Numbered from the stretch's first letter, positions 30,392 through 47,271 are shown. The stretch is DNA of 64,000 nt from the human T2T-CHM13v2.0 reference genome, Homo sapiens (GCF_009914755.1 NC_060927.1), one strand, 5' to 3'. The notes: generated by a model not told the origin, from the letters alone. Translations and numbers: made by a program.

Positions 30392-31289
30392 TGTCGTCAT
30401 GAGTTCTTATAATTTCATTTGGCCTCAGCATTGATTTTGAATCTAAGTTTAACCTTCTCATAGCAGAATCTGGGTTTTGACACCCTTGACAATTTCCAGT
30501 TCCCTGCCTCCCTCCAGTTCCCTGCCTCCCTCCAGTTCCTCAACATGGTCAATCCAGACATCTGCCTTACATGACTGACTTATGGTGGCCACCTCCCTGT
30601 GGGATATGTAGATACAACTTACTTGACTCACCCCAGTGACCCCACACCCCTCATGGACTGTGCAGATATGCCAGTGACCATTCTCAGACAGAATGTGACC
30701 TCCTGGAACTTGTGCCATTTGCTCTAAGAACCCACCAGTAGGAACTCCCCAAAGGAAACCTGCCTGGGTAATACCTTCAACAGCAAAAAGTCCTCAGAGC
30801 CTAGGTCTTCCCCACCTGGATTCCCACCTGCTGGTTGAGCAAATTGCCCTGGTGGCCTTCTCATCTGCCCTTGTCGGCACTCCCTCTGTCTCATGGGTCT
30901 GTGAGTAATAAACTGCTTCCGTTATTTCACGTGTTTTTGTTGTGTTGCCTCCTCTGAGTCTCATCTAAGCAACACACTGGGAGGTTTTAACCTTCCTCCC
31001 AGTCAAGGCTCTCCTAGGAGGGGGCATGTTGACAGGAATAAGCTGGACGCAGGTCAGATAAGAGCCACAGGGGCGTCTGCCAGTATAAACTAGTTTCCTG
31101 TGTGAGGGACACCTGGTCATGGGTTGAACACAGGTGTTATGCTGTCTGCCAGGATTAAAAAGCATCCTGTGAAAGGCACAAAGTGAACACCCACAACCAA
31201 ATTCTCCAAAGCCCCGTCAGGGCAGGACTAGAGTTTATAGCCACTGTGCAAAGAGAGACTTTAAGACCAAACTAGAAAGAAATACAACA
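30392..31289 (+). mobile_element. Solo ERVL-class LTR (MER54-like)
   Basis: TG...CA ends; AATAAA at 30907-30912; 3' end aagaccaaactagaaagaaatacaaca resembles recalled MER54; subfamily tentative. Confidence 0.65.
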
Positions 31290-33619
31290 ATTCTGCTAAT
31301 ACAATCTGCTTTAAGATAGAAAGATTTTTCAATCCAAAAATACATTTTTTTCCATAAAGATAATTGGTATAACTCATTACATATGAATAACATTTTTTAT
31401 GGATTCTTCTTTCAATGGATTTTTCTCTTATTAAATGACATTGCATCTTGATAAGAAAACTGGAAGGAAAAATAAGCAACGTTCAATGATGAAGAAAACA
31501 GCCTTCAGGAAAACAGCACCCCTTTCAATGCAAAATGGCTAAATTCCTTCTCATGTTGTATGAGTGTGTGTGGTTTTTCAGTTTGCTTTGTTCTTTAACA
31601 GAATTCCAGATCTCATTCTATAGAGGGTCAAGGCTGAAAAACCTATTTTCACAAGCAGTTACCTGCCTTTCTCTGTTTGTTGAATGAAAGTTTTATTTCA
31701 TGTTCCAGACTCTTTTATTACCTCTGGTTATCCTAAGCACTTCATCCTCTTAAAGTTCACCGAGCAGACCTATTCTTCTTATCCCTAATACATTCTTTGT
31801 ATCTGCTAGGTTTATAGATTTCATGGCTATTTGTGCAAGGTTAAGATGGGTAGCCTCAGATAATATGGAAACAGCCAAGAGAGGTCCTATGCAAGCAACC
31901 AGATGGACTTAACAGACTCAAGTGTGGTATGACTAATGAATTAAAACAGCCACTCGCTAGCTCAGTCTTTGTCTCACTGCAGCTGAGCCTATATTAAGAT
32001 ATGGAAAAATGGAACTCATTTGTAATTTCAAGGAAACCAATTTGGCCCTAAAGCCCCCATGGTTTCAATCTTAAATAAATAAAATTATACATAGTCATTT
32101 TCCCAATTTATCTTCCAAAAAACAGAACTAAATAATCTTCAGTCATAAAAATAGGTAAACAACAACAATATATAGAGTCATCACAGTGTTAACTTATTTC
32201 AATGTTCATAAATTAATATTGAAATTTAATAAAATTGGGCAAATATTTGACTATCAACTATTTTCTCAATATAAACTGTTTTCCTCCACATCTCATATAA
32301 ACGTTCAACAGATGCATCAAGCAACTTATTTTCTTACAGTTTCTTGTGTTGCTTGAAACAAACCAGGAGCTATTTTTGTTTAAAAGTTTTATTTCTATAT
32401 ATAATCATTGGTTTTTTTAAAAAAAAATATTTTCATAGTTTTTGGAGAACAGGATGTTTTTAGTTATATGGATAAGTTCTTTAGTGGTAACATGAGTGCA
32501 AAAATCAAATTTTAGCCTATGGCTATGATAGAGACAGCAAGTTTTTCCCTAAAAGCTTGAATGGGACTCTCATATAATAGAGCTGTTGGGAGGAGCCTTC
32601 CTAGCCAGTGACTTAGTTTTGAGGTTACCCCATTCATTTGCTTGCAGTCACACTGGGAGTAGTGATGTGTACCATGTCTAGACCTGTACCACTGAACATT
32701 CCCATAGACGATGTGTTTCTTTCCTCCCCCTGCTACAGGCCCAGGGTCCACTTCAGAAGCCCCATGATAAAGAGGCTAACCCATCCGCCTATGATCCTCA
32801 ATGTGTGTGTGGAACAGAGTCCCCACCCCACAAGTGGACTTTGGTAGACGTTATTGTCTTATAGGACAGAAATTCTGCAAGTGTATCTATTACCGCAACT
32901 CACATTGTCTAAACAATGGAACATCAATAATATTCTTCAAAATAAATGTGAAGTTCTTTATGTATAGCAATGAAGTTTATGAAAACCAGGTGTTTCTTAA
33001 TTTTGTTTTGAAATAATTTCCAGGATGTCACCAATATTATTAACATGCAAAACTAGTATGTAATTGTGAATTACAAAGCTTCATACATCTGATCCTTTTT
33101 GATGATTTAACAACTGATTGTAATATTAATAACATATACTAATATTTCGCTAGTAATAAAATACTACTAATGCTTAACTTCTGATCTGGAAGACAAAAAC
33201 ATAAAGGTGCTATATGCTTCTTGGCATCATTCATAATTTACATGTAGCTTCTTAATATTTGAACCTTTCTTCTTGCTTTTCAGTTACAATGGTATTTTGT
33301 CATTGTTTTGTTATTGTTTGTTTTAGATTTTACTAGCATGCACTTACTAATTTGTACTTTATGTTCATGCCATATTGCCCAGAGTGAATTGTGGTAATGA
33401 AGCTTTTGATGTTAGTTTTTTTTTTAATTCATCTAACCACGTTTGAGGCACAAATTGTGTTTAACTTTCTAAGCAATCAGCATATAAACATATTCCAATA
33501 CTCTTTGACATCTCAATCTACCTTTTGTTATAATAAACAATTACAATTTTAAATAGACACTACCTGTGAATATAAATTGGTCGTTGCTATAAACTTCTAA
33601 TACCTGGTTTAAGTTTTAA

Positions 33620-33942
<323 letters not shown>

Positions 33943-34185
33943 TATTTGTTTGATCTTAAATCCAAGCAACTGTGAGTTCCATGAAGGTGCAGACTGTCTT
34001 TCATGTTCACGGAGGTATCCTTGGTGCTCAATTAATAGCATTTGTTGAATAGATAAAAAAATTATATAGGACAGGATTAGGATAACATTGAATATTGACA
34101 ACCTTTTGCCTGAAATATCAAAAATGTGTGCTTAGATATGTTCAAGTTTAGTTGAGATATCTACGTCCATATATCTACATCTAGT

Positions 34186-34188
34186 CTG

Positions 34189-34221
<33 letters not shown>

Positions 34222-34230
34222 TTCTCTCTC
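34186..34230. repeat. (TC)n microsatellite
   Basis: Direct reading. Confidence 0.9.
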
Positions 34231-34291
34231 CTACATATTAAGTAAAGCTAACACCTTTTTGTAGCTCTAAGCCATATTCCATATTCTATTA

Positions 34292-34597
<306 letters not shown>

Positions 34598-35580
34598 TTA
34601 CCTAAATGAATGCAAAGATCAACACAGGGTTGCAGTTTTAGACCCAGACAGAGTACTAAACTGTCATGCACTACCATAAGAAGTTTCCAAAGTCATTTTT
34701 TCCCTAAAATCTAGTTCTATGAACAATCTTCTGGTCAAGTTTAACGTTAAAAGTAGTTTCAAGGCATCTTTATTACTTTCTCATATACTTTTAAAAGGTT
34801 CTATCAGGTAAGTCTACAAATCTGTGCTTGAAGGTAGTAGTTTCTATCAGCCCACTTCATTTAGATTTCTTTTTAACACCAACACATTATCTGCCAGCTA
34901 AATAAGTACCTTGCAGATAGCTGTGTCTATGCAGATCAAGAATAATACTCATTCAACATTTGCATTCTAGGCATGACCCAGATGACCAGATATTGTAAAA
35001 CAAAAATGAGTAGGAAACGCCAAGCCTCGTACTTCAACAGTTCTCTGGGATCAACCTGCCTGGCATGGGCACTGGAACATCACATTTTACAAGGAGTAGT
35101 TGATTGAAAAGGAAGGAGAGCTTCTGAATACTCTAAAGTAGTTTGCACAAATATGATTATTAAAAATAAAACTGCACACAAGGAGTGAGCCTCATCTCAG
35201 GATTTTATTCAACCTCTGGTACACTGAACTATATTATCAATGAGAGACAATTTGCCCTCTGCTCTTCTATTTAAATGGGACTATCAGTCCTTCACAGCAT
35301 ACATGAGAACATAAAGAATAGCAATACATATTTGATGTGAAAAAAGCATTCTTCTAATAACAAAGAGTTACCTGATTAACTTGGCTAATAATATTTGTGA
35401 TACAAAACTATTCTCAAGAAATTGAGATTTTCAAACTATTCTATAATCCTTGTTTTAAATTTCACTAACAGATTCATCAGTGAGTGATCTTCTGCGATGT
35501 TTAAGAACTTGGATATGGTGCACGACAATGTTCAAGCTCAGTTTCCATAAGAAAATGATCTATAGAAAAACATGCTCATT

Positions 35581-35869
<289 letters not shown>

Positions 35870-36865
35870 AACTGACATACTCTATATTCCTTATGATGTT
35901 CTCAAGCAATATATACCATTAACTTTAAGTAGACAATTGTCTAAACTCTAATAGGAAGTGAGATTTAAAAGAAATCTAAGCCTAGTCTCTTCCATCATTT
36001 ATCTTTTTATATTTTCTTTGAAAGTTAATATTATTTTAATATAGTTTCAATACATAACACCAAGAAATGCTCAGACCCTATACCAGGAGCTGACCATTTG
36101 GAAATTAAGACTCTTTTGTGATTTTTTTAAAAATCCCATTTACATTATACAGCTGAACCAAAGCCACAAACTGATTTTGTACCAGTCAATCAGGTTCTGA
36201 AAGGCATTTTATTATTTTAAATTGACCATGAAGTTACGTGAAATCCACCCTTTTGCATTTCTTCAGGAGAGAAATGAGTTCTGACTCTTAGGGGAAAATG
36301 CCTACATTCCACAATTTAGCTTGAGAGCTGAGACATCACCCATTTTAAATCCTTAAAAATCTTCTATAACATTCTATTTTTCTAGACTAACACATAGTAT
36401 CCTGTCACTCCTCAGTATTGAGACAGCCTTGAAACTCTTAAGAAAACACTTAAAAGTACAGAGACTTTTACCTTTTAATGCCTCAATTATCTAGAAAATC
36501 TTACTTGAAATATCTTAAAACATCCACAGTGCACTTATGGCAGTCTTTTAAATACTTTAAAAAATACACTGTTCATATACACAAATTTCATAAAGAGGTT
36601 TCTCAATTTGTTTTTAAAAATCTTTTGAAAATAAAATAAACTTAAAATTCTGCTCAGGATACTTGGTTACCGTACAGATTAATTTGCTCCTCAGAAGAAC
36701 ATGTATAGTCTTATTTGGGCCTTAACTAAGGATGCACATCAGAATCGCCAAAAGATTCACCAAGATATATGTGCAAGGGCCCCTGTCAGACCACCTGAAT
36801 CAGAATTTCAAAATCACTGAATAAACAAGAAAGCGTTTTAAAAATAATTTTACATGTTGCTATTT

Positions 36866-36884
36866 GGACCAGCAGATGGCGCCA
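36866..36884 (+). promoter_or_regulatory. Candidate CTCF binding site
   Basis: GGACCAGCAGATGGCGCCA matches the CCASYAGRKGGCRS consensus at every core position. Confidence 0.7.
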
Positions 36885-36974
36885 AATATCCATAAACAAA
36901 TACCAGCCTGCTTTTTCTTTATGAATGGTGGGGGCTGCCCATCAGGACATTAATATATATATATATTATACTCA

Positions 36975-37112
<138 letters not shown>

Positions 37113-37210
37113 TTAAAAGGTAGGTTATTAGAATGTGCTAGAGAACACTGAAAGCAGGTAATTAATATCAAACCCAATAATAGATGTATTAATACTATAT
37201 CAATATATGC

Positions 37211-37507
37211 TTTTTTTTTTTTTTTTGAGACGGAGGCTCGCTCTGTCATCTAGGCTGTAGTGCTGTGACATGATCTCGGCTCACTGCAACCTCCCCTTCC
37301 CGGGTTCAAGCGATTCTCCTGCCTCAGCCCCCTGAGTAGCTGGGATTACAGGCACCCACCACCATGCCCCACTAATTTTTGTATTTTTAATAGAGATGGG
37401 GTTTCACCGCCTTGGCCAGGCTGGTCTCGAACTCGTGACTTCAGGTGATCCGCCCGCCTCAGCCTCCTAAAGTGCTGGGGTTACAGGCGTGAGCCACTGT
37501 GCCCAGC
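37211..37507 (-). mobile_element. AluSx-like
   Basis: Poly-T plus full reverse-complement dimer. Confidence 0.93.
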
Positions 37508-38270
37508 TGCATATGTTTTAAAGATGTATCTCATCCAAGTCTGAATAGTCCCAAACTACCTAAGTTGTTCCTCACTCAATGCTAATTCACTGCCACGGTG
37601 AATTTTCCATAACCAAAGTTAAATACCTTGTTTCCACCAAACATCCCAGGACAATTCCTATTTCTTCTACCGTGTAACTCTAGTCTCATGTTCTCCCCCG
37701 AAATGTTCAAAAGTATGAAAATGAATATTAATCATTCATGATAATTACTTATACAGCCAAAGTGACAAAGACATGTTGGGAAAAATCCTGTTGTTAGTTA
37801 ATGTAATCTTTTACCTTTATGTAAATATTGTTTAATTTCTAGGAATAGGGTGGTCAGCTATAGTGATTTGTCTAGAACTGAGGTGTTTTAAAAGAGATGA
37901 GATTTAGGAAGAAAATGCTAATCCCACGAAGTCCTGGGCAAATCAACACATTATTCAAATCATGGATCAAAATAAACAAATAGAAAATGCTGAATGGAAA
38001 ATAAACCAAACGGAAAACAATTTCATTTTTAAATGTGAATTTTAGTTCTGAATAATTAAATTTCTATATGCCATTAAGTAATATAATGTTCACATTTACA
38101 CATTTGAGGTAGGCCACTATTGAAGCAAGTCAACTATTATAGCATTTTGCTTTTCTAGTTTTCTAAATAAACAAATACTGTTAGCAAAATGTATGTTCAA
38201 TATCAAGAAAGTTAGTAATTAATGCCACTATTAACATTATAACAATTTAAATTAAGCTAATAAAATTCTA

Positions 38271-38549
<279 letters not shown>

Positions 38550-39262
38550 CTATTAAAAAGACAAGTAAAATGTAATTATTCATATTATTGTATTGGTTCA
38601 TCAGAAAATAATAAAAATTAAACGTTATAAAATGCACAAAATTCTGTCTGGCTTCATCCCACATTCTTACACAAGAAATGTGTAAGAATTAGAAAGGAAA
38701 AAATAAAAATCATTATTTGTGGACAACATGAGTGTGCTCATAGAAAATCCAAAAGAATCTTCAGCTAAAACATTCAAATAAGTAGAATACTGAAAAAATT
38801 CCACTATCTTTTGATAAAAATTTCGGTGGCATTAACTTCTATGCTTCATGCAGAAATGTGAGGCCTGATGGCAGCTCTGACATTGCATGTAGGACATCCC
38901 TGGGTCAAGGGGATGAGAAGCTAAAATGTTTGATGATTTTCTGATTTTAAAAGCCTACTTAATACTACTTGGAAATATTTCTAAGTTTAAAAGATTCATG
39001 TAATAATGATCCTATCACAAGTTACATAACACAGTTAATACTATCTGTTTCTTTCCTGAGACAGGTCAAGTTCACTACTGCAGCACAATAGGAAAAAAAT
39101 AGGCTCAAGATGCAATGTTTTTCTGTTTAAACCAAACTAATAGCTACTGTAATAAACAGTGCTTACACTATAAAGTTATCATTAATGTACAAGTAGGCAA
39201 CAGATAGTTACATTTTATATGCATTGCAATGATCTCGCAGACGCTTATTAAAACTGAGATCA

Positions 39263-39412
<150 letters not shown>

Positions 39413-40824
39413 TCAAGAAAACTGTGTCAGGGTCTGCACAACGTTACTGAACGGAATGAAAGCATGGTGAAACAAACTGTTCATTCACAGCAACTCTCAG
39501 TAAAGAAGAGTCCAAGCCAGGCTGTGATTCGGAAAAAAAAAAAAAAGGAATAATTTAACCTTTTTATTAGGATCAGGAAAGTAAGAGGGGATAGAGAGAG
39601 TAGAGAGAACGCAGAGGACATGTATTATAGAAAGGCAAAAAGAGCAGGAAGCAAAGACAACAATGGCAAATAACAACATTTAGTGGCTCCTCCTATCATG
39701 TAACGATCACTTTCCTGATGAAAATGAGGGCACTAGGGCAATTCCCTGAGTTTGTGAAAACCTTCTGTAGTGATCCTAACTATGCAAGACAGAAAAGAGA
39801 CTGAAATTGTAGCAGAGTGGCTAAGCAATGGAAAGAAAGGAGATATGGTTAGTGAAAACCAAGAACAGAAAGAAGGCAGATACTTTACAGCTTTTAAGAT
39901 GAACTTGGATATTTTCTCATGGAAGGTATATGGTAAGTTAGTGGCTACAATGGAGGTGATACAGATGCCAGCAAGGAAGTAAAATAAAATAAAGCTGATT
40001 AGACTCATGAGAAAAAAGTACTTAACGTTTATTTAATTGATGATCCTTTAGTTTAGTTATTGTATCATAGTAAAGAAGGTTTAATAAAGAGTTCTTAATC
40101 TCAAAAGCCCCAAAATTTCAGGAAGGAAACTAAGAACACAGTAAGAATGAAGTGGCTACTAATGTTAATTTTTTTTTATAAGCTTCTTAAAGTCTACACT
40201 CAAAAAAACATTTGCCCATTTCTGAAGCGGTTTTCTAAACACAGATGTTTTGCTTTGTTTATAATAGTAACAGGGAATACATGGGAGGAAGTGAAGAAAA
40301 TGTTTTTTGGACTTCAGAATTCTCTTTCTCAAAGAATTGTATTTTGGCACCTACATTCCAGATGATTCCCCATTACATAAAAAAATTAAAATGAGAATTT
40401 TAGTTTAATGAATCATTAAATACCGTCAAACAATTGATCTTGGGTAGAAAGCAAAAGCAGGAATACTAAGAATGAGATCGCTAAGTATCTCGGATGAAGT
40501 CCAGGGAAGCTAGGCAAGTGGAAGAGATGACATCGAGATTGATATCAAACACTCTTACATATTGTTTGGTTGTTTTTATACTTAACCTAGAAATTAAGCT
40601 GATAAATAAGCAAGATGAAAAAAAAACAACTGGGATAATTCTGGCATCCCATACTTCATCTTCCTTTACCAATATTTTTGGTTAGGACCTGCCCTCAGGA
40701 TAACTATTATCACAGCCTCTACGGAGTAAACACTTGATTGTCACCTTTCCATCTCTTCCTTACCCACTGGTCTCAATTGCTCCTACGACTCAAGCTGTCA
40801 CCCATCTCTAGGATAAGAGTGAAA

Positions 40825-41095
40825 TACTTGGAATGAAACAGACTTGGGTTTGCACCCCACCTCGGCAACTTAAAAACCACGTAACATTGGAACAATTTCT
40901 TAATCTCACTATTCTTCAGTTTCCTTATGCTTCAGATGGTGGCATCAAAGGCAGCTAATCCTGAGGGCTGTGGTAAAAGCTGTCTTGTGGTAAGACATAA
41001 AAAGTGCTTTTCCTCAGAGCAGGGATTGTGGACCCATAGTATATAGCATAGTGCCATATACATAGGTGTTGCTTAATAAACATAGGTTCAATTAA
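40825..41095 (+). mobile_element. MIR relic
   Basis: cagacttgggtttg...cagtttcct...tgcttaataaa; approximate. Confidence 0.6.
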
Positions 41096-42279
41096 AATGT
41101 ATTCATGTGTGGAAAACACACATATGATGTCAGTTTCCAAGTACTTCCCTCATACGTAAGCTCCCATCCTCACAAAATCATCCCCCTTTCAGAAAGTATC
41201 TTCAAATACAGAAATAACCACTTTATACATAACTGCCATGATCTGCATCCCAATCCCAAATTCCTCTGATTTGAGATAAACCTACCAGTCAGTTCCTTCA
41301 TGAAAATTGCTAGATTCTCCCACCTAGTACCCATGACAGCAACAGCAGTCTATAACATTATAATAGAAATGTTCACAGCAGAGAGAAAAAGGGAAAGTGA
41401 CACCTGATAATATAATTTTGAGAAGTTTATGAATTGATCCTGTTACTGTTTTTGTTCTCCTTCTCCTGAAAGAAACGTATGACAATGTAAAAGGTCTTTC
41501 TCAACATTCAGAATTAGACTTAAAGAAGACCTAATTGCTCCAGCCAAACTGTTTCCCCCAACGTTAAAACTTCGTATACACAACCTCAGAGGGGAGCCTA
41601 TCCAGGCCCCACTCATTGATAATAACTGACATCATCTTAGGTATGATATGTATCTGTATAGATTCTTTTAAAACTAGGGCTCAAGAATGATACACAGACA
41701 GGGCACATGGGTGAGGAATCATAGTAACTAACAATGGTAACAACAGCCGCACCTCTGCCACAATGACCACCACCCCTAACTGCCAGGTGCTCATCTCATC
41801 TTCCTTGCATAATCAAATCTTGTCTTTGGGAAAGCACACTTTGATTACCACATAACAAGGCTCTAACTCCAACCATGACATAGGTCTACCTGACTCCTGT
41901 ACTCGGAACCTGTGCCCTATATCTGTGCACCTTTAGCTTTTGACCCCAGCTCATTTCTAAGTATCTACACTTGGGGAAGATTCTTTTGCAACCACATTGC
42001 AGAAATGGTTAGAGAAATTATGCCTGCTCCCTTATGAATCACTTTCCAACAAGTCCTTCTTGAATTTCCTCACCCCTCATTTTTCTCCTTGCTGTGTTTG
42101 CCTTCTGGTCCCTCCAGTGAAATATTTTTGCAGGTGATTCCCCAGGTTCTTATTACAGTTATAATCCAAGGCTTCCAGCCTCAAATGAAGTCCAAGAATA
42201 GGCAAGATATGTGCCTCAATTTTACTTCTTCTCATGGGCCCTTTTCTGTTGCCTTGAGCTAGAATAAGCATAACTCTTC

Positions 42280-42900
42280 CATACGGCAGTCTCTTAAAAT
42301 GTTAAGGAAAAGATGTCATGTCTGCTCTGATGTTATTATTTTCTGGCCTAATCATACCTAGATCCTTGAATGTCTTTTCATATGATGTGATTTTCAGCCT
42401 TTCATGCGGCCTCATCGACTATCCCTACTGTCCTCCTCTTAAAAGTCCATCTGAAAATGTAGTCTCCAGAACAAACACATTACTCCATTCATGAACTGAA
42501 TAGTTCTAAGTAAAAAGAGAAAAATTACTTGATCCAGGCATAATTCTAGTGCCAGCTAAGACTACATTTGTTCTCTTGGCAACTGTATCCGTCAGTCGGT
42601 TCAGATGGGTGTTTTATTTTAAAGTCAGATCACTCCGAAAGCCCTGACACACTCACATATACTTCCCGTAAGCCTGCTGTCTTTAGTCTATCCTTTTACA
42701 GCTAATTTTTTAAACCCAAGTTCAAGTACCAGACTTTTTAATTTGCTCTATTAACTTTAATAGTTAGCACTCTCCCATCAGTCCAATCTGTTGAGTTATA
42801 TTTAATTCTGATTCTCTTATTTGGCATACTAGCTGTCTTTCTCAGTTTTACGACATCCACAAATTTTATGAACTTCCTTTACTTTTAGTCCTGACACTAA
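42280..42900 (-). mobile_element. L3/CR1 LINE relic
   Basis: ccagaacaaacacattactcca and cttttcatatgatgtgattttcag resemble reverse CR1 ORF2; approximate. Confidence 0.5.
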
Positions 42901-43004
42901 AAGAAATACAAGTCCAATAACAGATTTTATGGGATAAAACAGAAAACAAATCTGAATCTTATATACTTATATATTGATTGGTTAATGTATTCTTTGTCCA
43001 ATCC

Positions 43005-43150
43005 CGAGGAATGGGTATGTTTAGCCCCATTTTATAGGTGAGGAAACTCAGAAGGGCTGACTAGCTTGCTCAAGGTCACACAGCTAGTGGATTGAGGAGC
43101 TGAAATTTAAAAAAAAAAAGTCTTTGATTTCACAACTGTATGCCTGTTTC
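43005..43150 (-). mobile_element. MIR core
   Basis: ccccattttataggtgaggaaactcaga...cttgctcaaggtcacacagctagt. Confidence 0.75.
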
Positions 43151-43197
43151 TCTATATTTCCAGTATTCCAGTTAACAAGGATTCATTATACTTAGAG

Positions 43198-43572
43198 TGA
43201 TGTGGTTTGGCTGTGTCCTCACCCAAATCTCATCTTGAACTGTAGTTCTCCTAATCCCCATGTGTCACGGGAGGGTCTCGGTAGGAGGTAACTGAATCAT
43301 GGAGTAGTTACCCCGTGCTGCTGTTCTCGTGATAGTGAGTGAGTTCTCAGGAGACCCGATGGTTTTATAAGGGGCTTTGCTCACTTTTGCTCGGCACCTC
43401 TTGCTGCCACCATGTGAACCGGGACGTGTTTCTTTCCCCTTCTGCCATGATTGTAAGTTTTCTGAGGCTTCCCCAGCCATGCTGAACTGTGAGTCAATTA
43501 AACCTCTTTCCTTTATAAACTGCCCAGTCTCGGGGAAGTTCTTTATTAGCAGCGTGAGAACAGACTAATACA
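43198..43572 (+). mobile_element. THE1 (C/D-like) solo MaLR LTR
   Basis: tgatgtggtttggctgtgtcc ... gcagcgtgagaacagactaataca, ~375 bp. Confidence 0.92.
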
Positions 43573-44557
43573 TTGTTCCACTAGCTATGCATATGCAAAG
43601 GCAAATTGACAGAAATGTTAAAAAGACTAAATGAATGTTCAGACAGAATGCTAACTTACTGCTCACTTACAAATGAGGTTACATATTCCAGAATCATGCA
43701 TGTGAGTACAGGACAAAACGGTGTTAAGCTCTAGTCATCAAAACCTTTCAGTTAGAGTCTACTGGCTGGAGACCACTGTACTGGGGACAAAAGTTTAAAT
43801 TCATTTTATAGCTATCATTGGGTCTACATTCTTTACAAATGTGTATCTAATATCAAAAACCTCAGACTGCCTTAAGGCAGGCTGCAAGTATAGTAAAGCT
43901 CCTGGAGAGGTGATTCATAATAGCAAATATGAGCTATGGGTGTGTTACATTCACACAAGAGACAAACGTGGGCATGTTCTACAACTTGGTGTGCTTTTTC
44001 TGCAAATTCTGAAACAAAAAGTGCTTCCAAAAAGACTGTTTCTGTACATACTTGAAGTAACAAAACAGCAACATGGCTGGCAGACCCCTCTCCCAAACCA
44101 GCAGCAAAGGACTTTAAGTCTCAGTCATCTTGTGTATAACTTGTTTCTATTAAAATAACCAAGTCTATTTTTTTTTCTTTTTTCCTTTGTTCCCTTAAGA
44201 TAGAAACACTATCCCTCTGTATGTTGAGAAAATAATTTTATAGTTCGAATCACTCCCCTCTAGAATTACCTTTCTTTACTAATATAAAAACAAGCACATT
44301 TTATTTACAATGACGTGATTTTTTTCCAAAAATAAAAGGTATCCAGATATCTCTCATATTTATGTGATCTCAAGAGAGTATTATTTGATTAGGGTTGTAA
44401 TCTAAAAATTCATCCAGAAGGTTGTGAGTACTGAACTTATAAATAAATAAAATTTGGTTAATTTTAAATACAATTATAATATGATTAAGATTGTACACCT
44501 ACATGTTACCATATTTAAAATTCAGGAAATTGAATAGAATACACAAATATTCACATA

Positions 44558-44902
44558 TTTTTAAAATTTATGGGTACTAACAGGTGTATATATTTATGGG
44601 TACATGAGGTATTTTGATATAGGCATACAGGGCATAATAATCACATCAGGGTAAATGGGGTATCTATCACCTCAATCATTTATCCTTTGTTTGTGTTACA
44701 AACATTCCAGTTATACTTTATTTAAAAATGTACAATAAATTATTATTGACTGCAGTCACCTTGTTGCTATCTAATACTAGATCTTATTCATTAGATCTAA
44801 CTATTCTTTTTTTTGTACCCGTTAACCATCCCCACCCTCCCCACAGCCACCCTACTACCCTTCCCAGCCTCTGGTAACCATCATTCTACTTTCCATCTCC
44901 TC
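44558..44902 (-). mobile_element. L1MA-type 3' end fragment
   Basis: gtatatatttatgggtacatgag...ataataatcacatcagggtaaatggggtatc...cccagcctctggtaacca. Confidence 0.8.
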
Positions 44903-45161
44903 ACGTAATATTTTTGTCTTGATATATTTGTAATTTTATGAGAAACAGTTCTCTTTGTTAATCCATCTTATGTTGGTATGCTTAGTCCAGAAAATAATAA
45001 AGTTTGTAGACATTGTGTTTGTATATTAAAAATTAATTAAGCAACTTGGGCAACTTGAACAACACACTGTAAATGTACAATTCTAGCATGTAGCACAAGT
45101 GATTTGTCAGTGCAATTATAACATCTAAGGATAAGTAGGTGTCACAGGTTTAAGTAAATCA

Positions 45162-45395
<234 letters not shown>

Positions 45396-45419
45396 CTAGG
45401 AAGCATCTCCTTCACTCTA

Positions 45420-45665
<246 letters not shown>

Positions 45666-45741
45666 TCATACACCTACTCAGGGAAGAGGACATTTACTTC
45701 ATCAATATCCCAGTAAGTAAACAACTGCATTTTAAGCTTCA

Positions 45742-45888
<147 letters not shown>

Positions 45889-47271
45889 TCAAGAACTCAC
45901 TGGGCTGGAAAAGCAATTACAGGTTTGTATATGATCCATGAATATGGATAACTGCATTAAAATTCACTAACCAGAAACTTCCCCTTAGTTGAATATATTT
46001 TTATTGAATGTGAAGGAAAATATTACATCAATATAGAAAAAAAGATTTTATATGATTGTTCTAATGGTATAATAAGAAATATTTAATTGCATTAGCATAT
46101 ATTATCATCAGTCTCAGGGACAATAATTCCTAAGGTAAGGCATACAATTCTTCAAATTTAGAGCGTTAATATTTATGGCTAAAATATATCTTTATGTTTA
46201 ATAAGTTATATAATAAGGCTGATAAAGTTTAACCAATGCCTATTCTTGCTATTTCATATTTTACTTATATATTTAACTATATGGATATATGAGATCAACA
46301 GAAAAAGGATAGGCATCATAGAATTTTTTTCTTAAACTACTGACTTTTCCGGGTTTTAAAACTTGTAACTTAAGGCAGTTTAAGAAGTACAAAGCCAAAC
46401 TCAAGCTGGAACGAACACTCTCGCTCCCTTTTAAAAACTGAATGTCAGAAGGCAAACATAGGTTACATGTTCAACTTTGAAATCAGCAGCAGGATAATAA
46501 ACCCATCTACTTCTGCTCAAGCTAATAACTATCTTCAAGTAACATTTGATAAAGAAAGAATGTTGTCATCTTGCCCTGGCAATTGCAGGAACCAAGTCAC
46601 AACAGTCACAAAGCAGCACAACATATTAACTGTTGTGGCACTTAAAGTGAACTGTGATGCTGATCCAATACTCCAAAGGAACCACCCACACTAGGAGATA
46701 AAGCAACTGAAATTCATGTTTATTGCTGTCAGGACTATTCTTTCATATGCCTCAGGAGCTCGTCTGATCTTGACATAAAAAAAGAAGAAAAATCAAAACA
46801 ATAAAGTCCTGAAAGAGCAGGCATGGGATATGATGCCCTGTGAAAGTAAATCCTTAAATGGTTCCTACAGACCTGTGGGCTTTCCATCATTGAGCATTCT
46901 GATTTGAATTGTACACTCGGTGTGTACATTGCTTTATGGCTTTTGTTTGCATGTATAGTTTTGCCATTGCAAAATGCTGAAACAAACACTTACAATAGAA
47001 GAACTATCTAAATATATTGCACATAAAATGATACAGGTAAATATCTTAAAAGATGCTTTATGGAAGGACTGCTTCGTACCACTACTTTGAAGATATTTAT
47101 TCTCTCACAAACCCTCATTTACTTTCCTCGGTAGGTTCTTAGAAATCCTTTCTTCTCCTCCATACAACCTTAAATTACCTGCCATGGACTAAATTATGAG
47201 TTAAATCATCTCAAACATATACAATGAAATATCTGAAAAAAATAAAACATCAAATTAAAAATATATTACTA

